A DNA stretch of 64,000 nucleotides, taken from the NCBI GenBank assembly GCA_027483895.1, contig JAIXTP010000020.1:27359-91358 (forward strand), in the 5' to 3' direction. Of this stretch, positions 56,518 through 64,000 are shown one piece after another (the first letter of the stretch is position 1; the number at the start of each line of letters is the position of its first letter). The stretch is from Hyphomicrobiales bacterium. GTDB lineage: Bacteria; Pseudomonadota; Alphaproteobacteria; Rhizobiales; Beijerinckiaceae. The position numbers were made by a program, and so were the translations under genes. Below the pieces are notes generated by a model. The model saw nothing but the letters and a program-made list of their open reading frames with translations, was not told the DNA's origin and made no database searches.

Positions 56518-57014
56518 GCGGGCAGGCCCGGCGAGAGAAGCACCACGTCTTCCTCGTCGTCCCGCAGGTCCCCGGGCCGCTCGGACCGGATGCGGAACTG
56601 GAAGCGGGCGGCGCCCGGCGCCGCAGATCCGACCTTCTCCCGGGCCAACCGTTCGACGAGGCGGTAGGAGACGAGGGCGGAGGGGTCGTCGCCCTCGCAC
56701 TCGGCGATGTCGGCGGCGAGGTGGTCGACGAGGTTCTGCTCGGTCAGCGCGAGATTGACCTCGGGATTGTGCAGGAGGTTCGCGAGCCGGAAGGGCGCAC
56801 GCGGATGCATCCGCACCCAGCCGGACCAGTCCTCGCCGGAGGACCAGCGATATTCGAGCCGCGGGGCGCGGCCGAGCGCGTGATAGAAGCGCCAGTTCGG
56901 AAAGAAGCTGCGCAGCAGGAACAGCCAGGGCCCGGAGACCGAGCGTCCGCGTGCGACGAGCGCCGTGGCGAGAACGGCGAAATAGGCGAGGAACAGGCCG
57001 AGGGTGAAGGACAC
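56514..57014 (-). CDS. hypothetical N-terminally anchored protein, SdpA-like by size and position
   Basis: 166 aa with one N-terminal TM helix (FTLGLFLAYFAVLATALVA). ATGA overlap with the downstream HTTM gene. Homology to SdpA was not verified. Confidence 0.4.
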   Translation of the reverse strand: MSFTLGLFLAYFAVLATALVARGRSVSGPWLFLLRSFFPNWRFYHALGRAPRLEYRWSSGEDWSGWVRMHPRAPFRLANLLHNPEVNLALTEQNLVDHLAADIAECEGDDPSALVSYRLVERLAREKVGSAAPGAARFQFRIRSERPGDLRDDEEDVVLLSPGLPA

Positions 57015-57089
57015 TGAAAGCGGAACTCCCGCCGCCCTTGGGGCGACGGGAGGGATCCTAGCTTCGGCTCCGCCGTCCGGCCAGCATGA

Positions 57090-58586
57090 TCAGGCCGCGC
57101 CGGGCAGGGCCTTGCGGTCGGTGATCATGCGCCAGGCCATGCCGACCCAGACCACCAGCGTGAGCGCGGCGAGAATGCCCGCGATCGGACGCGAGACGAA
57201 GGGAAGGATGCTTCCGTCCGACTTGATCATGGAGGTCATGAAGGTCTGTTCGAGCATCTCTCCGAGCACGAGCCCGAGAATGATAGGCGCCACGGGGAAG
57301 CCGTTCTCTTCGAGGATCCAGCCCACGACGCCGCCGATCAGCATGATGAGGATGGCGTAGTCGCTGTTCGTGATCGCGAACGAACCCACGATGCAGAACA
57401 TCAGAATGATCGGCGAGAGCACGTTGCGCGGCACGGACAGGATCCGCTTGGCCGACTTGATCGCGACCCAGCCGATGGGGAGCATCAGCAGGTTGGCGAT
57501 GATGAAGACGATGAACACCGCGTAGATGAATTGCGGGTTCTGCAGGAACACGCTAGGGCCGGGGTTCATGTTCTTCATGTAGAGGACGCCGATCACGATC
57601 GCCGTGATCGAGTCGCCCGGGATGCCGAAGACGAGGGCCGGGATCCACGCGCCGCCGAGAGCCGAATTGTTCGCTGAAGTCGCGTCCACGATGCCTTCGA
57701 TATGGCCGGTGCCGAATTTCTCCGGCTCCTTCGACGCCCTCTTGGACACCGCATAGGAGACCCAGGCCGCGATGTCCGCGCCCGCGCCCGGCAGCGCGCC
57801 GATGACGGTGCCGAGAATCGAGCCGCGCAGGAAGTTCACCCAGTACCGACGGAACACGTCGGCGATGCCGGTGAAGATGTTGCCGATCGACTGCGCGAAG
57901 GTGTGGGCCGCATTGTTGATCGTGGGCGCGTTGCGCAGCAGTTCCGAGACCGCGAACACGCCGATCATCACGGGAATGAAGCTCACGCCCGACAGAAGAT
58001 CCACATTGCCGTAGGTGAAGCGCGGCACGCCGGCGGCCGGATCGATGCCGATCGTGCCGATGGCGAGGCCCAGCAGCAGAGCGATGAAGCCCTTCAGCGC
58101 GTCTTCCGTGGCGATGAGGATCGCGCAGGTCAGGCCGAGGAGCGCCAGCCAGAAATATTCGTAGGACGAGAAGTTGATCGCGAGCTCCGCGAGGCTCGGC
58201 GCCATGAAGATCAGGGCCGCGACGCCGACGAGGCCGCCGAGCACGGAAAAGACGAGGTTCACGCCGAGATTGAGCTCCGTCTCGCCCTTCTTGGCCATCA
58301 TGTAGCTTTCGTCGGCATAGGCGGCCGAGGCCGGCGTGCCGGGAATGCGCAGCAGCGTGCCGGGGATGTCTCCCGCGAAGATCGCCATGGTGGTGGCCGA
58401 AACGATGGCCGAGAGCGCCTGCACCGGCGGCATGAAGAACGTCACCGGAACCAGCAGTGCCGTCGCCATGGTCGCCGTGAGCCCGGGCATGGCGCCGACG
58501 AAGATGCCGAACATCGACGACAGGAGAATGGTGAGAAGCACGTCGGCCTGGAAGACGAGGCCGAGCGCCGTGAGGATCACATCCAT
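57090..58586 (-). CDS. tctA: tripartite tricarboxylate transporter large permease TctA
   Basis: 498 aa and about 12 TM helices. GMPGLTATMATALLVP and GALPGAGADIAAWVSY are the repeated TctA motifs. Confidence 0.9.
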   Translation of the reverse strand: MDVILTALGLVFQADVLLTILLSSMFGIFVGAMPGLTATMATALLVPVTFFMPPVQALSAIVSATTMAIFAGDIPGTLLRIPGTPASAAYADESYMMAKKGETELNLGVNLVFSVLGGLVGVAALIFMAPSLAELAINFSSYEYFWLALLGLTCAILIATEDALKGFIALLLGLAIGTIGIDPAAGVPRFTYGNVDLLSGVSFIPVMIGVFAVSELLRNAPTINNAAHTFAQSIGNIFTGIADVFRRYWVNFLRGSILGTVIGALPGAGADIAAWVSYAVSKRASKEPEKFGTGHIEGIVDATSANNSALGGAWIPALVFGIPGDSITAIVIGVLYMKNMNPGPSVFLQNPQFIYAVFIVFIIANLLMLPIGWVAIKSAKRILSVPRNVLSPIILMFCIVGSFAITNSDYAILIMLIGGVVGWILEENGFPVAPIILGLVLGEMLEQTFMTSMIKSDGSILPFVSRPIAGILAALTLVVWVGMAWRMITDRKALPGAA

Positions 58587-58596
58587 GGTCCGGACC

Positions 58597-59070
58597 TCAG
58601 AGGATCGTCGTCAGCACGCCGCGCGGAAGCGGAATGCGGAACAAGGAGCCGAAGAACCAGTGAAAGCCGGCGGTCGCCAGGACGGCGACGACGACGGCGC
58701 GCGGGGGAGACACCTTGAACCAGAGGAACAGGCCCAGAAACACCGCGAAGGCGACCGGAATGAAGCCGATCGGTTCGGACAGGACGAGGTAGAACACGAT
58801 CGCCCCGATGAAGGCGAAGACGTTCAGGACCGCGCGGGTTTCCTTCATCCACTCCTGATGGACGAGGAGAGGTGCGCCCGCCGTCAAGGCCTTGGCTCCC
58901 CGCACGATGAGGCCGACCCCGCAGAGGATCAGGCCTATGCCGAGGATCTTCGGAAACAGATCGGGGCCGTATTTCTGCCCCGGGAAGCCGGGCAGGCGGC
59001 TCGCTTGTTGGATCAGGGCCCCGCCGAGCGCGGCGAAGACGAGACCCGAAACCGCATCGTTGACGCGCAC
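58597..59070 (-). CDS. tctB: tripartite tricarboxylate transporter small membrane subunit TctB
   Basis: 157 aa with 4 TM helices, positioned between tctC and tctA. Confidence 0.8.
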   Translation of the reverse strand: MRVNDAVSGLVFAALGGALIQQASRLPGFPGQKYGPDLFPKILGIGLILCGVGLIVRGAKALTAGAPLLVHQEWMKETRAVLNVFAFIGAIVFYLVLSEPIGFIPVAFAVFLGLFLWFKVSPPRAVVVAVLATAGFHWFFGSLFRIPLPRGVLTTIL

Positions 59071-59137
59071 GGATCGGACCTTTCGGAAATGAAGCGAAGA
59101 GGGCGGACCGTGGTCCGCCCTCGTGAGATCGGTCCGG

Positions 59138-60127
59138 TCAGGACTTGGCGAGGCCCGCGGACTTCATGGCCGAGGCCATGGAGGCGTCGCCCTTCGCCAT
59201 GAAGTCGGCGAATTCGTTGGCGGGAGCCCAGACGGTGCCGAAGCCGCGCGCCTTCATGAAGTCCTTGAACTCCGAAGAGTCGTAGGCCTTCTTCAGTTCG
59301 GCGGTGAGCTTGGCGGCGATGTCGGCCGGCATGCCCTTCGGGCCCGCGATGCCGCGCCACGCGCCGACCGAGTAGTTGATGCCGAGCGTCTCGTTGAGGG
59401 TCGGCACGTCGGGGAACAGCGGGTTGCGCTGCGCGGCCATGATGGCGAGGCTCTTGGCCTTGCCGGCGTCGATCATCGCCTTGCCTTCCGGCACCGAGCA
59501 GGTGACGAGGTCGATGCCGCCCGCGGCGAGGTCCTGCATGGCCGGAGCCGCGCCGTTCGACGGCACCCACGGAACCGCATCGGCCTTGAGGCCCATGGCG
59601 TTCAGCCATCCGACCAGCGCCAGATGCCAGATGCCGCCCTGGCCGGTGCCCGAGGCCTTCAGCTTGCCCGGGTTCGCCTTGATGAACTCGGCGAGCTGCT
59701 TGATGTCCTTGAACTGGCCGTCGGCCTTCACCTGCACGCCGGGCGGGTCCTCGTTCATGAGGGCGAGAGGCGTGTAGCTCGTCGGCTTGAGATCGGTGAG
59801 ACCCTGATGGTGCATCATCGTGATCTCGACCGTGACCATGCCGATCGTGTAGCCGTCCGGCGCCGCGGTCGCGATCGCGGAATGGCCGACCACGCCCGAG
59901 CCGCCGGTGCGGTTCACGACGTTGAAGGGCTGGCCGAGATTCTTTTCGAGGATCGCCGCCACGATGCGCGCGGTGGCGTCCGTCCCGCCGCCCGCGCCCC
60001 ACGGCACGACGAGGGTCACGGGCCGGTTCGGCCAAGCCGACTGGGCGATGGCGGGTTTGGCGATCAGGCCGGCGGAAGCGGCGGCGGCTGCCGACGCGAC
60101 GAACCCGCGACGCGTAAGATCTGTCAT
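59138..60127 (-). CDS. tctC: tripartite tricarboxylate transporter substrate-binding protein TctC (Bug family)
   Basis: Tat-like signal TRRGFVASAAAAASAGLIAKPAIAQ, then WPNRPVTLVVPWGAGGGTDATARI, which is diagnostic of Bug/TctC. Confidence 0.9.
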   Translation of the reverse strand: MTDLTRRGFVASAAAAASAGLIAKPAIAQSAWPNRPVTLVVPWGAGGGTDATARIVAAILEKNLGQPFNVVNRTGGSGVVGHSAIATAAPDGYTIGMVTVEITMMHHQGLTDLKPTSYTPLALMNEDPPGVQVKADGQFKDIKQLAEFIKANPGKLKASGTGQGGIWHLALVGWLNAMGLKADAVPWVPSNGAAPAMQDLAAGGIDLVTCSVPEGKAMIDAGKAKSLAIMAAQRNPLFPDVPTLNETLGINYSVGAWRGIAGPKGMPADIAAKLTAELKKAYDSSEFKDFMKARGFGTVWAPANEFADFMAKGDASMASAMKSAGLAKS

Positions 60128-60312
60128 CGTTTCTCTCCCTTGAAAAAAGGCGGATTGTTCCGCTCTTGGGTCCAAGACTAGACATCACCGGACGGCGCCG
60201 GCAAGCGGGTGATGAATCGATTTAATTCTCCGCCCGCCCGTCCCTTGTGACGACCGCCGCACGCGCGGTCGTCCCTCGCGAGAACCGTCATGCGAGGGTG
60301 CGTTGCCGCGGA

Positions 60313-60660
60313 TCAGTGACGCAGATGCGAGCCCGCGTGTTCGGGGCCCCAATCGCCGTCTCCGGCCGGTTCCTCGTCCGTGTGGGCCAAGGCTTCCTCG
60401 GCATAGTCGGCCATGCCGCTGCGCAGCGCCTCCGTCACGGCCGAGAGCAGCGCGAGACTGTCTTCCGACCGATGGGTGAAGCCGACGATATAGGCGAGGT
60501 CGACGAGGGCATGAGCGGCGAGTTCCGCGCTCGAGACATGGGCCGCCTCGGCCAGCGCCGGAAGGAGCTGGTCGGAGATGGCCTGGCTCAGCCGCTCCTT
60601 GCGGATCTCGTCGTCGTCGGGAAGGTCGGAGAGAACGAACTGCACCGTCTGATCGGCCAT
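60313..60660 (-). CDS. hypothetical small acidic protein
   Basis: 115-aa ORF with GGAGG 7 nt upstream of the ATG. I recognise no motif. Confidence 0.5.
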   Translation of the reverse strand: MADQTVQFVLSDLPDDDEIRKERLSQAISDQLLPALAEAAHVSSAELAAHALVDLAYIVGFTHRSEDSLALLSAVTEALRSGMADYAEEALAHTDEEPAGDGDWGPEHAGSHLRH

Positions 60661-60812
60661 GGCAGTACCTCCGTACGCGATGGACCAAGTGGGCCCTCGA
60701 TTCGCTTAAAGATCAATGACGCTTGCGTCGATCGGATCCGCGCCCTTCGCGCGCCTTGCGTCGGAACGATAGCGCCTCTAGACCGTCGGGACCTTTTCGG
60801 CAGGAGGCGGCC

Positions 60813-61742
60813 ATGGCTGCGACGGTGTTCATCGACGGCGAGGCGGGGACGACGGGGCTCGGCATCCGCGATCGCCTGCGCGACGTCGCGGGCATCGAGA
60901 TCCGCAGCATCGATCCCGCCAAGCGCAAGGATCCGGCCGCGCGCAAGGCGCTGATGGCCGAAGTCGACGCGGTCGTGCTCTGCCTGCCCGACGATGCGGC
61001 CAAGGAATCCGTCGCGCTCGCGGCCGAACTCGGCACGAACGCGCCGCGCATTCTCGACGCTTCGACCGCGCATCGCGTTTCGGAAGGCTGGGTCTACGGC
61101 TTCGCGGAAATGGCGGCGGGACAGGCCGACGCCATCCGCAAGGCGACGCATGTCGCCAATCCCGGCTGCTATCCCACGGGCGGCATCGCGCTTCTGCGTC
61201 CGCTCGTCGAAGCGGGGCTGATGCCCCCCGACCATCCGGTGACGGTGAACGCCGTCTCCGGCTATTCGGGCGGCGGCAAGAGCATGATCGAGGCCTATGA
61301 GGCCGGCACCGCGCCTTCCTTCGAGCTTTATGGCCTGACGCTCGAGCACAAGCATCTGCCGGAGCTTCAGCGCTATGCGGGGCTCGCGCGGCGGCCGATC
61401 TTCGTGCCTTCCGTCGGCAATTTCCGGCAGGGCATGCTGGTCTCGGTGCCGCTCCATCTCGACGCGCTGAAGGGCGCGCCCAAACCCGCCGATCTCGAAG
61501 AGGCGCTCGTCGCGCATTATCGCGGCTGCGAGCTCGTGCGCGTGGTGACGGATGCGGAAGGCGGGCTCGCGGGCGGGCGGATCGAGGCCGAGTCCCTCAA
61601 CGACACCGACCGTCTCGAACTCCGCGTGTTCGGCAGTGCGGCGCGCGGGCAGGCCGTGCTCGTCGCCAAGCTCGACAATCTCGGCAAGGGCGCTTCGGGC
61701 GCCGCGGTGCAGAACCTGAAGCTGATGCTCGGTCTGCTCTGA
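60813..61742 (+). CDS. argC: N-acetyl-gamma-glutamyl-phosphate reductase (short, type-2 form)
   Basis: VFIDGEAGTTGLGIRDRL, active-site NPGCYPTG, and the C-terminal AKLDNLGKGASGAAVQNLKLMLG. Confidence 0.92.
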   Translation: MAATVFIDGEAGTTGLGIRDRLRDVAGIEIRSIDPAKRKDPAARKALMAEVDAVVLCLPDDAAKESVALAAELGTNAPRILDASTAHRVSEGWVYGFAEMAAGQADAIRKATHVANPGCYPTGGIALLRPLVEAGLMPPDHPVTVNAVSGYSGGGKSMIEAYEAGTAPSFELYGLTLEHKHLPELQRYAGLARRPIFVPSVGNFRQGMLVSVPLHLDALKGAPKPADLEEALVAHYRGCELVRVVTDAEGGLAGGRIEAESLNDTDRLELRVFGSAARGQAVLVAKLDNLGKGASGAAVQNLKLMLGLL

Positions 61743-61769
61743 GCCGACTCTCTGGTTCAACTCGAAACG

Positions 61770-61808
61770 AAAAACCCCGCCGCAGCAGATGCTTCGGCGG
61801 GGTTTTTA
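61770..61808. terminator. bidirectional rho-independent terminator between argC and the FAH-family gene
   Basis: AAAAA, then CCCCGCCG ... CGGCGGGG, then TTTTTATTATT. Confidence 0.8.
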
Positions 61809-61828
61809 TTATTCTGATTCCGGGGCGG

Positions 61829-62671
61829 TCAGCCCTGGACGACCTTCTGGTGCTGCTCGCCGAGGCCGGCGATGCCGAGGCGCATCGCGTCGCCGCCCTT
61901 CAGGAACACGGGCGGCTTCATGCCGAGGCCGACGCCCGGAGGCGTGCCGGTGGTGATGACGTCGCCCGGATCGAGCTGAATGAACTGCGAGATGTAGTGC
62001 ACCAGATGGGCGCAGCCGAAGATCATCGTCTTGGACGAGCCGTCCTGCACCATCCGACCGTTCAGCTCGAGCCACATATGCAGGTTCTGCACGTCGGCGA
62101 TCTCGTCGGGCGTGACCAGCCAGGGGCCGAGCGGGCCGAAAGTGGGCGCGCCCTTGCCCTTCATCCACTGGCCGCCGCGCTCGATCTGCCACTCGCGTTC
62201 CGAGACGTCGTTGCAGACCGCATAGCCCGCCACATGGGAGAGGGCGTCCTTCTCCGACACGCGATAGGCGGTGCGGCCGATCACGATGGCGAGTTCGACT
62301 TCCCAATCCGACTTCACGGAGCCGGGCGGCAGGACCACGTCGTCGTTCGGGCCGACGACGCAGTTCGGCGTCTTGTTGAAGAGGATCGGCTCCTTCGGGA
62401 TGGGCGAGCCCGTTTCGGCGGCATGATCCGCGAAATTGAGGCCGACCGCGATGAAGTTGCCGGGGCGGGCGACGCAGGAGCCGATGCGCACGTCCGCGGG
62501 AACGGCCGGAAGCGTCGCCGGATCGAGCTTGGCGAGCTTCGCCAGATTGGCGGGGTCGAGCGCCGCGCCGGCGAGATCGGAGACATGGGCCGAGATGTCG
62601 CGGATCGTGCCCTGAGCGTCGAGCATCGCCGGCTTTTCGGCGCCGGGGCGGCCGTAACGGAGGAACTTCAT
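61829..62671 (-). CDS. fumarylacetoacetate hydrolase (FAH) family protein
   Basis: NFADHAAETG, DWEVELAIVIGR, GKGAPTFGPLGPWLVT and PGDVITTGTPPGVG motifs. Confidence 0.9.
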   Translation of the reverse strand: MKFLRYGRPGAEKPAMLDAQGTIRDISAHVSDLAGAALDPANLAKLAKLDPATLPAVPADVRIGSCVARPGNFIAVGLNFADHAAETGSPIPKEPILFNKTPNCVVGPNDDVVLPPGSVKSDWEVELAIVIGRTAYRVSEKDALSHVAGYAVCNDVSEREWQIERGGQWMKGKGAPTFGPLGPWLVTPDEIADVQNLHMWLELNGRMVQDGSSKTMIFGCAHLVHYISQFIQLDPGDVITTGTPPGVGLGMKPPVFLKGGDAMRLGIAGLGEQHQKVVQG

Positions 62672-62821
62672 CGGGGTTTCCTTGTCCTTGGCCGACCGTT
62701 CTGCGTCGGCAGGCGGGAACTCTGCCGATCCCGCCTCGGCTCCGCAATAGCCGATCGCGATTTCGAGGAGAAGACGCGGCGGGCGGGAGAAGACCCGATC
62801 GGGGCGAGGGGCGGGTGCGCG

Positions 62822-64000
62822 TCAGCTGCGCACGCGCACATATTCTCCGGGCGCGTCGCCGAGCGTCTTGCGGCGTCCGCCCGGCTTTCGCGCCTTCACC
62901 TTCTCGGGCGCCTGCGCCTCGATCCAGCGGATCCAATGCGGCCACCAGCTGCCCGGCGTTTCCTTGGCGCCCGCGATCCAGTCCGAAAGCTCGCCCTCGG
63001 GCTTGCCGCCGGTCCAGAACTGATATTTCGGCTTGTCCGCCGGGTTCACGACGCCCGCGATATGCCCCGATCCCGCCAGCACGTATTCGACCGGGCCACC
63101 GAAGCGCGAGCAGCCGAGGAACACCGATTTCGCCGGCGCGATATGGTCCTCCCGCGCGGCGAGATTGTAGATCGGGATCTTCACCTTCTTCAGATCGAGC
63201 GTCTTGCCGCCGATCACCATCTCGCCCTTGGAGAGCTTGTTCTCGAGGTAGCAGTTGCGGAGATAGAAGGAGTGGTTCGCGGCCGGCATCCGCGTCGAAT
63301 CCGCGTTCCAATAGAGCAGGTCGAACGGGAAGGGCGCCTCGCCCTTCAGATAGACGCTGATCACATAGGGCCAGATCAGGTCGTTGGGCCGCAGCATGTT
63401 GAAGGCCGAGGCCATGCTCGAGCCTTCGAGATAGCCGCGGGCATACATCTTGTCCTCGACCTGCCGGATCTGCTCCTCGTCCACGAAGACCTTCAGGTCG
63501 CCCGCATGGGTGAAGTCGACCTGCGTGGTGAAGAGCGTGGCGGAGGTGATCCGCTCGTCGCCGAGCTGCGCCATATAGGCCAGAGCGACGGAGAGCAGGG
63601 TGCCGCCGACGCAATAGCCGATCGCGGTGACCTCCTTCTCGCCCGAGGTCGCCTCCACGGCGTCGAGCGCGGCGAAGACGCCCTCGCGCACATAGTCCTC
63701 GAAGCTCTTCTGCGCCTGCCGCTCGTCGGGATTCACCCAAGAGATGCAGTAGACCGTGAGGCCTTGGGCGACCGCCCATCGGATGAAGGATTTTTCGGGG
63801 TTGAGGTCGAGAATGTAGAACTTGTTGATCCAGGGCGGCACGATCAGCAGCGGCCGCTTGAAGACCGTCTCCGTGGTCGGCGCGTATTGGATCAGCTCGA
63901 TCAGGTCGTTGCGGAACACGACCTTTCCGGGGCTCATCGCGACGTTCACGCCCACCGCGAATTTCGACGAATCGGATTGGCGCAGCTTCAGCGTGCCTTT
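62822..64000 (-). CDS. phaC: class I poly(R)-hydroxyalkanoate synthase, C-terminal part (the gene continues beyond the window)
   Basis: [17 protein letters not shown], lipase-box GYCVGGTLL, and WNADSTRMP. The reading frame stays open to position 64000. Confidence 0.9.
   Translation of the reverse strand, partial: KGTLKLRQSDSSKFAVGVNVAMSPGKVVFRNDLIELIQYAPTTETVFKRPLLIVPPWINKFYILDLNPEKSFIRWAVAQGLTVYCISWVNPDERQAQKSFEDYVREGVFAALDAVEATSGEKEVTAIGYCVGGTLLSVALAYMAQLGDERITSATLFTTQVDFTHAGDLKVFVDEEQIRQVEDKMYARGYLEGSSMASAFNMLRPNDLIWPYVISVYLKGEAPFPFDLLYWNADSTRMPAANHSFYLRNCYLENKLSKGEMVIGGKTLDLKKVKIPIYNLAAREDHIAPAKSVFLGCSRFGGPVEYVLAGSGHIAGVVNPADKPKYQFWTGGKPEGELSDWIAGAKETPGSWWPHWIRWIEAQAPEKVKARKPGGRRKTLGDAPGEYVRVRS

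Noticed and set aside
1-64000. CRISPR arrays, rRNA genes, intact IS elements or transposases, and prophage structural genes.
   Set aside because: Reading both strands, I found no regularly spaced direct repeats, no rRNA-like conserved stretches, and no DDE or HUH transposase or phage capsid/terminase motifs. The only repeat-type elements are the REP-like palindrome at 43887-43984 and the in-frame coding repeats at 24784-24945.

Overview
High-GC alphaproteobacterial (Hyphomicrobiales/Rhizobiales-like) chromosomal segment. Most of it is housekeeping genes in familiar syntenic blocks: glyA-nrdR-ribD-ribE-ribH-nusB-thiL; hppA; bamE / Cbp3-like / yceD-plsX-fabH-ihfA-merR; ctaA; metY; rplM-rpsI; argC; phaC (cut by the window end). 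There are two tRNAs, tRNA-Phe(GAA) and tRNA-Pro(GGG), and each has an AT-richer accessory pocket on its 3' side. Accessory content: (i) a predicted OM protein, a stand-alone S8 subtilase, an autotransporter, an Omp25/31 porin and a Hin-sized serine recombinase next to tRNA-Phe; (ii) a secreted Cys-rich coiled-coil protein with a small membrane partner; (iii) a catabolic locus with hydantoinase, GntR, an amidohydrolase, a polar amino-acid ABC transporter, a three-component HcnABC/LhpBEF-like dehydrogenase and a DapA-like enzyme; (iv) a two-gene operon whose K+ channel carries two tandem voltage-sensor domains before a single pore, which is the most unusual thing I can see directly; (v) a DCC oxidoreductase / HTTM (SdpB-like) / SdpA-sized membrane protein cluster; (vi) an orphan HicA-like gene; (vii) a PPK2 with a basic low-complexity tail. 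I saw no CRISPR array, rRNA or intact IS element. All functional calls come from reading motifs in the supplied translations; no database search was run. Start codons were chosen by N-terminal plausibility, SD-like sequence and gene overlaps.
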